A stretch of 64,000 bases of DNA from Mediterranea sp. (GTDB taxonomy: Bacteria > Bacteroidota > Bacteroidia > Bacteroidales > Bacteroidaceae), in NCBI GenBank assembly GCA_031258135.1, contig JAIRNG010000022.1:5689-69688 (forward strand), written 5' to 3'. The position numbers and the translations under genes are program-made. The number at the start of each line of letters is the position of its first letter. The first letter of the stretch is position 1. Shown piece after piece: positions 29,618 through 39,299 of this stretch. A model generated the notes under the pieces. It saw only the letters and a program-made list of their open reading frames with translations. It searched no databases and was not told where the DNA came from.

Positions 29618-30169
29618 CTATATGTTGACTTTCTTCTGCACGGCCTTTTCTCCCATCCTGTCCGCCTCGTGTTCCAGTCCTTCATTATCATTCACATTCA
29701 CTCCCTGCAACTGCATCGTCGGCTGTACCCGCCCCTGCATCTGTTGCACCACATGCCAGGCCTCGTGCCCAAGATGCTTCTCCTGACCGGGCGCCACGTG
29801 AATATCCGTGCCTTGCGTATAGGCGAGGGCTTGCAACTGTGCGGGTTGGGGAGAGTTGTAATGCACCCGCACATCGTCCATGCTGAGGCCGGAAAGGTTT
29901 TCGATGCCGGATTTCAGGTGGTCGGGCAAGCCGGTTTTGTTTTCGCTTTTGGCTTGTAGCGGTAGTTCGTCTTCATCCAAACTTGCCATTTGCGCCGTAT
30001 CGGAGAACTTGCCCTGCAGCAGCTCGTCTTCATCCGGCATGGCCTCTTTTTGTACTGTTTTGTTCAGGTACCGCTGCAAGATTACGCTTGCCGGCGCCTG
30101 CTTTGCCGCCCGCGGATCGGAGTCCATTGCGCGGGAGACTGTTTTGCGTTGTTGTACGGTTACTTTCAT
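29618..30169 (-). CDS. DUF4157 (eCIS core domain) protein without a C-terminal toxin
   Basis: [48 protein letters not shown] motifs; stops about 13 aa after the domain. Confidence 0.9.
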   Translation of the reverse strand: MKVTVQQRKTVSRAMDSDPRAAKQAPASVILQRYLNKTVQKEAMPDEDELLQGKFSDTAQMASLDEDELPLQAKSENKTGLPDHLKSGIENLSGLSMDDVRVHYNSPQPAQLQALAYTQGTDIHVAPGQEKHLGHEAWHVVQQMQGRVQPTMQLQGVNVNDNEGLEHEADRMGEKAVQKKVNI

Positions 30170-30205
30170 TATGGTTTTTATTTGGGGTATTTATTTTCCG
30201 GTTGT

Positions 30206-31615
30206 TCATCGTTCTTTTTTTAATTCTTCCCTCAACTTGTCGGCGCAGGCCGCCATCCATGGCCTGTTCTGTTCGGACAGGGATTGCCTCCAGGCGGCAT
30301 ACCGTTGCCAAAAAACGTTGTGCCGCTCCGCGCTCAACCACAGGAAACGGACGTCTACATGTACGGGAAGCCTCGCTCTCAAAAACAATTCGTACTGTTT
30401 CCGGCTGTTGTCGTCAGCCGTTGAATATATCGCCACTGTCAGCCTGTTGCAATCGTCGGTGCTATCATCCAACAAGATGTGTTCCACCCAGTAGACCCTT
30501 ACTGCCGTTTGTCCGAAAACGGCAGCGGCCAACTGTTCGACAGGCGGCGTGTTGTGCCTGCCGGTTTGCAGGATGTTGAACGAGCGGAAACGGTGCGCGT
30601 TCCATTTCGGGATGCGGCAGATCAGGCGGGCGCGTTTTTCGTTTTGTACCGTCAATGTGCTTTCGTCGGCAAAAAATGTTTCGGCGTCTTCGCCGTACAT
30701 CGCGTAGAGCAGGCCGATCCACAGGGACTTTTGTCTATGCCGGTTTTCCACATCCAAAAGGCCGTTTTCTGCAAAACGCGCCTCATCAATCAGGTTTTCC
30801 ATGTCGTCTATCATAAAGTCGGGGAGGTAGGGCGGAGGCGTGCGTTCCGATAAGTCCATCAGGCGGGCTACTGTCCGGCTTTGATGCAGAACGTTTGACA
30901 TTATGAAGTCGAAAATCAGCAGATAGGCTTTCAGTTGCCGTATCAGGGCTTTCCGTTCGGGTGTAGCGCCGGCCGGAACGCCTTTTTCGTTTATGCCGTA
31001 GGTGTCGGGAAAATGGTTCTGAAAAGAATAGTAGGCTTGCGTGGAAACCTCTGAATGTTTGCTTGCTGTGTTTCTCGCTGCAAATTCGGGCGCAATGGGG
31101 GAAATGTTATCATTATCTTCCCCGTCGCCGTCTATCTTTTTAAAAACCGTTTCGCCCAATGTTTCGCAAAAATTGCGGCGGGCATGATAGTATTCGTTTA
31201 TCTGTTTTTCCAATAATCCTCTGTCTGCATTTCTTTCCGGTTCTATTTCTATCCGGTAGCGGCAGTCGGGCGCAAGGCTTACGCGGCAACGTTTTACGCC
31301 CTTTACTCCCGTCCGGATGGATTGCTCGTAATCGGCAGGCGTAACAAGACTCGGTGCGGTCAGTTCCTTTGCCGGAAACAATCCGAATTTGCCATAGCAC
31401 AGTTTACCGTTTTCCGTCAGGAACGATTCGAAAGGCTGTTCCAAAGCCAACTGTAAATCCAGAAGCGCGTAATGCACCGCTTCCAGAATGGTTACGCCGG
31501 GATCGTGAGCGTTGAAATCCGTCCAGCGGTTTCCACTCAGTTCCTGAATCATTTCCATGGCTTGCACATACAGTCTTGCGTATGGGTTGTCTTCCTTATC
31601 GTGGCGTTGTATCAT
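30206..31615 (-). CDS. eCIS baseplate wedge protein (Afp12-like)
   Basis: WTDFNAHDPGVTILE, RNFCE, QLKAYLLIFD, VEHILL, LPVHV motifs. Confidence 0.82.
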   Translation of the reverse strand: MIQRHDKEDNPYARLYVQAMEMIQELSGNRWTDFNAHDPGVTILEAVHYALLDLQLALEQPFESFLTENGKLCYGKFGLFPAKELTAPSLVTPADYEQSIRTGVKGVKRCRVSLAPDCRYRIEIEPERNADRGLLEKQINEYYHARRNFCETLGETVFKKIDGDGEDNDNISPIAPEFAARNTASKHSEVSTQAYYSFQNHFPDTYGINEKGVPAGATPERKALIRQLKAYLLIFDFIMSNVLHQSRTVARLMDLSERTPPPYLPDFMIDDMENLIDEARFAENGLLDVENRHRQKSLWIGLLYAMYGEDAETFFADESTLTVQNEKRARLICRIPKWNAHRFRSFNILQTGRHNTPPVEQLAAAVFGQTAVRVYWVEHILLDDSTDDCNRLTVAIYSTADDNSRKQYELFLRARLPVHVDVRFLWLSAERHNVFWQRYAAWRQSLSEQNRPWMAACADKLREELKKER

Positions 31616-32315
31616 TCCAAAGCGATGTTATATGATAATGAATATCCGTATCGTCGTATTTGAAAATTGTTTTTAGTTGCAGTTTTGCACTGTATCCGCC
31701 TTTCGTCTTTTTCCACCGGATTCGGATTTTATTTCCGTAAAGTCCGAAATACGAATCCGTTTTCCGTATTTTTGAGTGATGACCGAAACAGGCGGTGGCA
31801 GTAGCCGTCAGGACGGCATGTTTACCCGAATGTTTTTTCCCCACTACAGCCGTAATCTCTAAAACCCGGCAACCATCCAGTTCGTCGGTGATGTCGTGCC
31901 AGTATCCATCGGCGGGCGCTTTACCCCTGTACAGCGATCCTTCGCGGGCTTCCATTCTGACCGTTCCTCCGAAAACGGCTTCTTTCCCTTTTTCGGTTAT
32001 TCCGACGGAACCGTCTGTCTTTAAGGTCAGCAGGGGAACGCTGCCTGTTTCTTCAAAACGGCGTATTTCGAGGCTGTTTTCCTGATTGATGGCAAACTCC
32101 CACTGTGGTTTGGCGTCGCTCATTTCCTTAAACACAGACAAAACCGTTCCCTTTTCCAACAACGGAGCCAGCCCCATGCCGGTTTCGGGATTTTTGGAAA
32201 AACCGTCGTCAAGAATGTTGAGGGTCGAGTCAATCAAGTGTCCAAAATCCTGCTCGTCCGGCTTTTTCCCTTTCCGGAAGCTTTCTTTCAATGTCTGCCT
32301 GTTTCTTCTTGCCAT
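31596..32315 (-). CDS. eCIS accessory protein with a fibre-attachment ('shoulder')-like N-terminus
   Basis: RNRQTLKESFRKGKKPDEQDFGHLIDS N-terminal motif; beta-rich C-terminus; lies between the baseplate genes. Confidence 0.55.
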   Translation of the reverse strand: MARRNRQTLKESFRKGKKPDEQDFGHLIDSTLNILDDGFSKNPETGMGLAPLLEKGTVLSVFKEMSDAKPQWEFAINQENSLEIRRFEETGSVPLLTLKTDGSVGITEKGKEAVFGGTVRMEAREGSLYRGKAPADGYWHDITDELDGCRVLEITAVVGKKHSGKHAVLTATATACFGHHSKIRKTDSYFGLYGNKIRIRWKKTKGGYSAKLQLKTIFKYDDTDIHYHITSLWNDTTPR

Positions 32316-32319
32316 AACC

Positions 32320-35300
32320 TTAACTTATTATAAGCGATTCGTCAATTACCATCTCGCTGATCCCGAAACCGGTGGTATCATCAGCCTCAATCAAGTGTTC
32401 CCTCGCCGGAACAAAAACGGAACACGGCGTGGAAGGCGACACGCGGCTGTGATTCCTGCCGTATTCGTAGAGCATATAGTTGTTTTCGCTGTATTCGCTG
32501 ATAACGACAAGCGAAAGATGTTGCATGTCATCAATATATTCCTCCTGCAAAATGGCTTGCCGGATAGCTTCCATATCCAGAAAAGAACCGAAAGAGGGCA
32601 AACCGAATGTCTTTTGCCATGGGGCTATCCGGTCATCCAGCAAATCCGTCAGGCAGGTGCGGTAAAGCTCCGATGAATAATGTTTTTTGAAACTTACGCG
32701 GCAACGTACCATCACTTTTTCGTAAAGCGGATTGACGGCATTAACAAAATGTACTTGCGCCGGAGTGCGTCCCGTAAAATACTGTTCAATTTTCAGCAGC
32801 AGCCGCGAACTGGCCATCGGTTCCCGTTGCTCCGCTCCTGAGTGGCCGCTCCTTTGGGGAATAACCGCCAGCATAATCGTATTTTTATCCATCATGAGGC
32901 ATTTTACCTTTGCAATATTCGAAAAGGCTTGCAGGGTCATCCGCTCGTAGTCGCGGGCAGTAACGGCTTTCCCACGGTGACTTGCGTATTCCGACAGGCG
33001 CAGGAGGCGTTCTTCGCGGCTTTCGTCGTTTCGTCCGTGATAGGATGCGACAGACACGCAGCCGGTCAGGGCAGCGACGGATTCTTCCGGTTCCCATTCC
33101 CTGCCGGATAGCTGCCCGAACTGTCCGGCAGAGCTGTATTCCGTTTCCGCTTCGCCGGTATTCAAGTATATTTTCCGGATGGACGGTATCACTCCTTCGT
33201 TCTTTTCAACGCCGACGCATAGCCATATCCTGCCTTTTTCATCAAACAGGTTGTCACCAATAGTATCGGGCAGGCAGATTTTCACGAAACCGTCCATCAG
33301 AAAACTGGCTGTTTTGTCTTCCGTTATGCAGCCATCCGGGATGGTTTCCCACAGGTAACCGTTGCCGAGATACCATTTCACTTGCGGAGTCTGTTCCGAA
33401 GTGATTTCCCTGTTGTAGCGGTTGAAATCGAAGTACAGGCTCAACACGCCGCCTTTCTTTACTCCGGAAAGCAGAATCAGCAGGCTGGCGTCAACTCCCG
33501 TGGCGTAGACGGGCGTAATCACCTGGTTGTCCGTCGCAGGATAGACCTGCCGGTTGCCGAAAGGCGAGATATGACAGAAAGTCGTCTGACCGGAAGAACG
33601 GCGTTGCATGTCAATCGTTTCTTCGGCAATATAATTAATTGTAATGCGCTCGATCAGGGGGGAAATGGGAGCGCCCGGCTCCGGTTTTTCCTTTTTAAAA
33701 AATGGAATCTTTTTAGCAAGGGTTTTACTTACTATATGGTCTGAAAAAAGCGTCCGGTAACGTTTCTCTCCAAAACCGATATCGGGTGAAGTCAGGATAA
33801 AACCGGCAAAACCTGTTTTGGCATGTATCGTGTATTCGTATTGTTCTTCCGGCAGGCGCACTGCGGGCATCTTTTTCAGATTTATTCCCTGAAACGTAGT
33901 TTCCGTCGTCAATGAAGCATCGGGGACCGTTCCGAAAAGCGGATATTCCCCGCAGTCTTTCCATTGGTAGTCGGACAAATATCTTGCCTTAACGCGGAAC
34001 GAAGTGTTGTCTATCTCTCCGCCGTATCCGGCGTAATGTCCTTTCAAGCCCTGTGCGTGGGCGGGCAATTGTCCCCACTGGATATGAACGTCGAGCGACT
34101 GCGTATTTTTGATAGCCATTTCGTAATTTCCAACCGCCATCCACGCTCCTTTTTCGGTGTTGACGCCGAAAGGGACAAAGGGTTTGGAGCAGTCTATTTT
34201 CCCCAGATCGTTATATACGATCACGTCATTAACGCCTTTCACGGCGGTTGTGATGCGGATTTTTTTTATCGGGAACTGTTTCAGCCATGAGTAGGGATAT
34301 AACCACGCATCAAAATTCAGATAAACCATGAGCGCAGGGATATCAGACCGGAATTGATGTGTTTCTTCGTTGCAGGCGGCGGTTGAGGGAAACTCTTCCG
34401 GTAAAGTGAACTTCAGTGACAGGCATGCGTTTTCCCTTTTTACCGTATAATTTTCTACCACTTCCCAGCCGTCAGCCGTACTGAAGCGAATATAGAAAAT
34501 TCGATGAAAGAGCAGATATTCGGATGTTTCCATTGAACAACTGTTCGCTACCGAAAGTCGCCGGACAATTTCATTCAGATAATTTTTCGTATCACTGCTG
34601 TTTTCAGGCTCAAAAACAAGTCTGACCGTCCGTTTCCCTTCGCGCAGCAACAGGATAGGGGAAACAATCATAAATCCCAACGGATGCGCGTCTTCTCCGC
34701 CACTGCCGTTTCCAAACAGGACATTCTCCTGTATATTGCTGTTTAGCAGGTTTTTTACGCGGAGCGAAGTAACGAATCCGAGTCCGGTCGCCGGAAAGAT
34801 GTTTTTCTGCCGTCCGAAATAGACGGATCGCACGTCTTCGATAGCAGCGTTTTCCACAATTACATCATCGGTCAGGTGATAAACAGGCGAATTGGGGTCG
34901 GCTTTCAGGCGAAATCCCAAACCTTTATGCAGGTTGACGGCGCCAGCGGTGTTTTTGGCGAATTGCAGGCAAATCTTGTGTTTTTCAGGCGGCAGGGGTT
35001 TCAGTCCTAACACATCAAAGCAATACCTGAAGGCGGAATCGTCCCAGCGCCGGTTAAACCGCTCCGCAATCTCGTGCAGCTGCCTGAGGAAGGTAAAAAG
35101 CAGGGCTTGCGCCGGTTCCATGTTCCCGTCGGGGACAAAGTTTTCCACGCCTTGCTTGCGGATGGCATCAAGGTCTTGCAGAAATTGGTCGAAATAACCG
35201 TCAATTTCTCCTTTCGGGTTATAGTAACGGATGAAGCCAGCAACCGCCTGTGCCTGCCGCAAAAGCGATTCTATGCCGTTATCAATGGCGGCGAACTTTC

Positions 35301-35349
35301 CCGCTTCACTGATACGTTTCATTCTTTCCACCTGATTCAATCCATCCAT
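32320..35349 (-). CDS. Baseplate J/gp6-like protein (Afp11-like, extended)
   Basis: PAQALLFTFL, LLLREGKRTV, PFVPFG, RLSEYASHRGKAVTARDYE, VKCL motifs. ATG at 35349. Confidence 0.88.
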   Translation of the reverse strand: MDGLNQVERMKRISEAGKFAAIDNGIESLLRQAQAVAGFIRYYNPKGEIDGYFDQFLQDLDAIRKQGVENFVPDGNMEPAQALLFTFLRQLHEIAERFNRRWDDSAFRYCFDVLGLKPLPPEKHKICLQFAKNTAGAVNLHKGLGFRLKADPNSPVYHLTDDVIVENAAIEDVRSVYFGRQKNIFPATGLGFVTSLRVKNLLNSNIQENVLFGNGSGGEDAHPLGFMIVSPILLLREGKRTVRLVFEPENSSDTKNYLNEIVRRLSVANSCSMETSEYLLFHRIFYIRFSTADGWEVVENYTVKRENACLSLKFTLPEEFPSTAACNEETHQFRSDIPALMVYLNFDAWLYPYSWLKQFPIKKIRITTAVKGVNDVIVYNDLGKIDCSKPFVPFGVNTEKGAWMAVGNYEMAIKNTQSLDVHIQWGQLPAHAQGLKGHYAGYGGEIDNTSFRVKARYLSDYQWKDCGEYPLFGTVPDASLTTETTFQGINLKKMPAVRLPEEQYEYTIHAKTGFAGFILTSPDIGFGEKRYRTLFSDHIVSKTLAKKIPFFKKEKPEPGAPISPLIERITINYIAEETIDMQRRSSGQTTFCHISPFGNRQVYPATDNQVITPVYATGVDASLLILLSGVKKGGVLSLYFDFNRYNREITSEQTPQVKWYLGNGYLWETIPDGCITEDKTASFLMDGFVKICLPDTIGDNLFDEKGRIWLCVGVEKNEGVIPSIRKIYLNTGEAETEYSSAGQFGQLSGREWEPEESVAALTGCVSVASYHGRNDESREERLLRLSEYASHRGKAVTARDYERMTLQAFSNIAKVKCLMMDKNTIMLAVIPQRSGHSGAEQREPMASSRLLLKIEQYFTGRTPAQVHFVNAVNPLYEKVMVRCRVSFKKHYSSELYRTCLTDLLDDRIAPWQKTFGLPSFGSFLDMEAIRQAILQEEYIDDMQHLSLVVISEYSENNYMLYEYGRNHSRVSPSTPCSVFVPAREHLIEADDTTGFGISEMVIDESLIIS

Positions 35350-35405
35350 TCTCAACGTTTAATCCTTATCTTATAACTTTCAGGTATTAACTTCCGGTTC
35401 TCAGT

Positions 35406-35804
35406 TCATATATTTGTTCCTTCCATAAAATAAAACGGATAAACCATATTGCTGCGCGAATTGGTTTGCCGTATCCGGTAATCGATGTTGAGCCACAGGA
35501 CGCCTTCCTGCTGGTCTTTGACTTCTACGTCGATTCTTTCTATGTCGATACGCGGCTCGAAATAGAGTATAGCATGTTTGATAGCGTCGATTATCAGCGT
35601 TTTTACGGACAGGTTCATCTCTTCAAACACCCACTGGCGGATATTGCAGCCGTAGTTGAAATTGAAAATCCGTTCGCCCGGCACGGTGGAAAACAGTATT
35701 TCCAGACTTTGCCGAACGTCCTCATCCTTGCTGACCATGCGTGCGCCGTGTCCTTTGACAAATGCCGGCGGAAACGCCCAACCTGTTCCCAAATAATCGT
35801 TCAT
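35406..35804 (-). CDS. gp25/GPW baseplate protein (Afp9-like)
   Basis: LGTGWAFPP, STVPGER...YG, FEPRI, NMVYPFY. ATGA overlap with the PAAR stop. Confidence 0.92.
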   Translation of the reverse strand: MNDYLGTGWAFPPAFVKGHGARMVSKDEDVRQSLEILFSTVPGERIFNFNYGCNIRQWVFEEMNLSVKTLIIDAIKHAILYFEPRIDIERIDVEVKDQQEGVLWLNIDYRIRQTNSRSNMVYPFYFMEGTNI

Positions 35805-36103
35805 CCGCCTATCATTACCGTTGGGCAACCCAAGACGATACTGCCTCCGTGGGCGCAGGTATCGCCCATGCGGGCTGCGGGTTTACCTCCAATCATTACT
35901 GTTGCGGAGCCTTTCAGAATCGTGTCCGGCGGTCCTACACAAACGCAGGAATCACCCATTACTGCGGCGGGTAATCCGCCTATCAGCACGGCCGGCGCTC
36001 CGGGGCCGATTACCGGACCTCCTACGTGCGGAATGGGAACCGGAAAAGCCGGTGTCTGCATCGGACACACATGCATATCTGTTATTCTTGCTGCTAACGG
36101 CAT
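35801..36103 (-). CDS. PAAR-domain spike tip (Afp10-like)
   Basis: PLAARITD, PAAVMGD, PAARMGD repeats with His/Cys metal ligands. Confidence 0.93.
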   Translation of the reverse strand: MPLAARITDMHVCPMQTPAFPVPIPHVGGPVIGPGAPAVLIGGLPAAVMGDSCVCVGPPDTILKGSATVMIGGKPAARMGDTCAHGGSIVLGCPTVMIGG

Positions 36104-36123
36104 CTTTTCTAAATTATTAATCG

Positions 36124-37914
36124 TTAATTAATCATCACCATTGCACCTTTTACTATCGTTTGCCCTGCGGCGGAAATTTCCGCTTTGGCATTTCCCTTGA
36201 CCGTCAACTCGGTATTGGCGGCGGCTTCTATCTTCAAGCCTTTCAGCGTGAGGTTGGATTTGGCTTGTGCATCTAAATTGGCGCCGGCCTCCGTCTTCAC
36301 ATTCATTTTAGCTTTTAGTATCAGGTCTTTTGCCGATTCGATGGTAATCCCGCTGCTGTTCATCACAATTTTATTCTTGTTTTGGTCGGTCAGGGAAATA
36401 CTTTTGTCCTTATCGCTTATTTTCACGATGTTTTTCCCCGGCGTTTCTATCGTAATGACTTTATCTTTGTCGTCAAATTCCACCTTCATCTTTGATTTGG
36501 TGAGTATGGAGTGAATGTCGTTTTCCTTTTTCAGTTCGCAGGGCGACTTCTGTTTGCTGCTGTACAGGCTTCCCAGAATGACGGCGTGGCAGGGGTCGTT
36601 GTTGAAAAAGCCCAATATCACTTCGTCTCCGGCATCGGGGATGGAGAAAGCGCCGTAACCGTTGCTTGCCCAAAAGGCGCTCAACCGCGCCCAGACTTTA
36701 TTGTTCGTACCGTTGAGCAAGGGTATTTCCACTTGTATTTTGCTTTCGCCGGTCGGGTCGCCGTCCAGTTTTACCACTTTACCGATGTGCAGTCCCCCGA
36801 TACCGGGCAGGAAACCCGAAGCGGGCGGCGCCGTTACGTCCGGGTTATCGGTAATATCCGTACCGGGCAAGCCGAGCCCTGCGGTAGTTGTCCACATCCC
36901 TTCTTTGATTTCATGCTCTACGTAACCGACGTATGCCGTCCCATTGAAGCGGACGCCCAGTCCGGCGAGTTCCAGCGTTGTGCCGTGCAGGGCTTTGGCA
37001 GAGCCCTGAAACTTGCAGTAGCCCTGTATTTGCGACAGTCCGGCTTTCAGGCGTTGCGAATCAGCCCATGCCTGCAAGGCGCTTTCTTCGGCGCAGGTGG
37101 TTTGCAGGATATATTTTTCCACGCCTGTGGCTTTTGCCAACTTTGCGGGTGTTGCTGTTCCCTGTTTATTGAGGGAAGGAGTTTTACCCGACGCTCTGAC
37201 AATTTTCTGTTCTTTGGGATTCCAGGCAAAGGCGTCTATATCGCCCTGCCGGTCAGAAGCGGAAAGTTCGCCGCGAAAGGTTATCAGGTCATTGCCGTAA
37301 GTTACTTTCAGCTTTGCCGCTGCGCTTACTCCGGGCTTTTTCACATGGATATTTTTGCCTTCAGTAACGATGACCAGTCCGTTGGCGTCGGCGCGGGAGA
37401 GTATGAAATCCCAGTCGGTGGCGTAATATTGCACCAGTTCGTTGTATGTGGCAGAGGTCGCATCGACCGAGGCGGACATGGGCGAATAGCCGCTCAGAAT
37501 CTGCCTGATGGCGTCGCTGTCTTTTTTCTTCTCGAAAACGGCATTTTTACGCGCCAACGTTGTGGGGAAAGCATAGTCGCGGCACTCGATTTGCAAGGCG
37601 GCGTTGTTCCCTTCCGATACAACAAAGTTGTGGCTAACAACAATGCCCTCAAAAATGGGACTTTCGTCATTGCCGTAACCGGCTTCGATGCGGATGGCTT
37701 TACCGGGGGCAAACGTTTCGTCGTCGCTTTCGGGTACGACATTCCGGGGCATATCGCCTGCGGCGAAGACCAGCGTGGCTCTGCCTATCCGGTTTACGCC
37801 CTTGAACACGTTGGCGGAGATCAAACCGAACACGCCGGTTTTGATTGCCTTGCCATCGCTGAAAACGGAAACGCGAACGACGCCGTCGGAATTTTTATCG
37901 GGTGAATCGGCCAT
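36124..37914 (-). CDS. VgrG/gp27-gp5 spike (Afp8-like)
   Basis: Start MADSPDKN at ATG 37914; VQYYATDWDFILSRAD, WARL...P..GDEVILGFFNNDP, beta-helix C-terminus. Confidence 0.92.
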   Translation of the reverse strand: MADSPDKNSDGVVRVSVFSDGKAIKTGVFGLISANVFKGVNRIGRATLVFAAGDMPRNVVPESDDETFAPGKAIRIEAGYGNDESPIFEGIVVSHNFVVSEGNNAALQIECRDYAFPTTLARKNAVFEKKKDSDAIRQILSGYSPMSASVDATSATYNELVQYYATDWDFILSRADANGLVIVTEGKNIHVKKPGVSAAAKLKVTYGNDLITFRGELSASDRQGDIDAFAWNPKEQKIVRASGKTPSLNKQGTATPAKLAKATGVEKYILQTTCAEESALQAWADSQRLKAGLSQIQGYCKFQGSAKALHGTTLELAGLGVRFNGTAYVGYVEHEIKEGMWTTTAGLGLPGTDITDNPDVTAPPASGFLPGIGGLHIGKVVKLDGDPTGESKIQVEIPLLNGTNNKVWARLSAFWASNGYGAFSIPDAGDEVILGFFNNDPCHAVILGSLYSSKQKSPCELKKENDIHSILTKSKMKVEFDDKDKVITIETPGKNIVKISDKDKSISLTDQNKNKIVMNSSGITIESAKDLILKAKMNVKTEAGANLDAQAKSNLTLKGLKIEAAANTELTVKGNAKAEISAAGQTIVKGAMVMIN

Positions 37915-37922
37915 AATTTTAC

Positions 37923-38591
37923 TTATGAGTGGCGGATGAGTGGCGGGAATACGAGTTGCGTGCCCGGCGGAACGTTCCTGAAACCGGTCAGGCGGTTGTA
38001 GCGGGCGACGTCCGTACAGTAGGAGGCGTCGCCGTAAATGCTGTTGCACCACCACGCGATGTTTTCGCCTGCTTTGAGGGTAATGATGTGGGTCATGTCG
38101 GGAGAATTGCGGTTGGCTTGTTTCGCTTCGGTTGTTTTATCCATGGAACCGGTAATGTTCATGGATACTTTTACCCGCAAAGGAGAACCTCCCGGTGTAA
38201 ACAGCGTGTAATCGTAGGAGGATGAAGAGAGCCTGCCCTTAAAGCTGAAGTTTCCCCAAATGATGTGCAGGTAATGGGTTTCGTGTGAATTTCCATTGTA
38301 ACCGACAACGTTTTCCAGATAATTGATGGCGCCGGATACGCTTTTTTCTTTCAGGTCGATCAATCCGGTACCGTCAAAGAGGGTTTCGAAAGCCAGGGTG
38401 GAGTCTCCATACGCATTGAATTTCCGGTCCGACGCAGAAACGCCCTCTCTTTTGTCTTTCACATACTTTATTGTCTGTGAATGTTTCAATGAATCCGGAT
38501 TTATCTGCAAGTCCATTTCCCCATGTTTCTGAGTATATTTTTCATCGCTGTACCCGATGATTTTCATCTTTATCAATTTGCTGTCCGTCAT
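37923..38591 (-). CDS. CIS tube initiator with C-terminal LysM-like domain (Afp7-like)
   Basis: QINPDSL, WGNFSFKG, YTLFTPGGSPLR, IYGDAS...VARYN.L motifs. Confidence 0.87.
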   Translation of the reverse strand: MTDSKLIKMKIIGYSDEKYTQKHGEMDLQINPDSLKHSQTIKYVKDKREGVSASDRKFNAYGDSTLAFETLFDGTGLIDLKEKSVSGAINYLENVVGYNGNSHETHYLHIIWGNFSFKGRLSSSSYDYTLFTPGGSPLRVKVSMNITGSMDKTTEAKQANRNSPDMTHIITLKAGENIAWWCNSIYGDASYCTDVARYNRLTGFRNVPPGTQLVFPPLIRHS

Positions 38592-38594
38592 TTT

Positions 38595-38756
38595 TTACCT
38601 CTCTTTCCTGTTTGTTACCTGTTTCCTTATGGAATCGTTTATCTCGTTGAGAATACTCCGCCTGAGTTTCTGCAAAACTTCTTCCGGTATTTCCGCCTGC
38701 CGGTCTGAACGTTCCACCGTTGTCCTGACCTGTATTTCCTTGATTACGATAGCCAT
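38595..38756 (-). CDS. Small eCIS protein, DUF5908/Afp6 (plug)-like, 53 aa
   Basis: Not in the ORF track. MAIVIKEIQVRTTVERSDRQAEIPEEVLQKLRRSILNEINDSIRKQVTNRKER fills the gap between tube 2 and the initiator gene exactly. Confidence 0.8.
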   Translation of the reverse strand: MAIVIKEIQVRTTVERSDRQAEIPEEVLQKLRRSILNEINDSIRKQVTNRKER

Positions 38757-38757
38757 T

Positions 38758-39228
38758 TTAATGTCTTTTTAAATATGAATATGCAAACTCCAGCGTTTCA
38801 ACCAGCACGCTGTTCTTTTCCGAATCAAGGGAATCAATATCCCATTTGACCGGATATGCTTTTCCGCAGAGCCATGTGTATATGGGATTTCCGGTATTAT
38901 CCAACAGGCTGATATTCAAATCTTTCGTTTCTATCGGTGGTAAAAGGTCGTTTTCCATGATGCTTTTTATCCATTTGATAAAATCGCTCTTTACCGGTAG
39001 CTGCGCTCTCTTTAACATCAAATTTCCATGTTTGATTTGTTTAGGGAGTTGATGCTGATAGCTGTTGAGTCCTCCTTCGCCGACGGCTTCGGTTTCCATT
39101 TCCACATTCAAACCTGAAACTTCCTTAAAGGGTATCTGTTCATTCCCGACGTCAACCCGGAAGTAAAAGGCAACCGGAAGCCACCGGTCATCATTCTTCT
39201 TCTTATTATTATCCGTCATAACCGACAT
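38758..39228 (-). CDS. Phage tail tube protein, gp19-like (Afp5-like)
   Basis: PVAFYFRV, FKEVSGL, EGG.N...HQLP, AYPVKW, VETLEFAY. Confidence 0.92.
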   Translation of the reverse strand: MSVMTDNNKKKNDDRWLPVAFYFRVDVGNEQIPFKEVSGLNVEMETEAVGEGGLNSYQHQLPKQIKHGNLMLKRAQLPVKSDFIKWIKSIMENDLLPPIETKDLNISLLDNTGNPIYTWLCGKAYPVKWDIDSLDSEKNSVLVETLEFAYSYLKRH

Positions 39229-39299
39229 TTAAACCTGAAGTGAGAAATGAAAAACAAGGGTTGTTTTCCATCGCTCACTTCATTGTTTCATGTTTAATT

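Noticed and set aside
29550-29620. Stop read-through or frameshift extending DUF4157 into a toxin
   Set aside because: A second in-frame stop follows four codons later, and the alternative frame runs into REP sequence with no toxin-like motif.
28989-29959. Plus-strand ORFs 28989..29201, 29202..29459 and 29243..29959
   Set aside because: They are translations of the 41-bp array, the REPs and the antisense of DUF4157, with the same peptides cycling through frames.
36511-37905. Long antisense ORFs (464 aa here; also 3127..4104, 5680..6345 and 62948..63469)
   Set aside because: Shadow frames of well-supported genes on the opposite strand, with no recognisable motifs.
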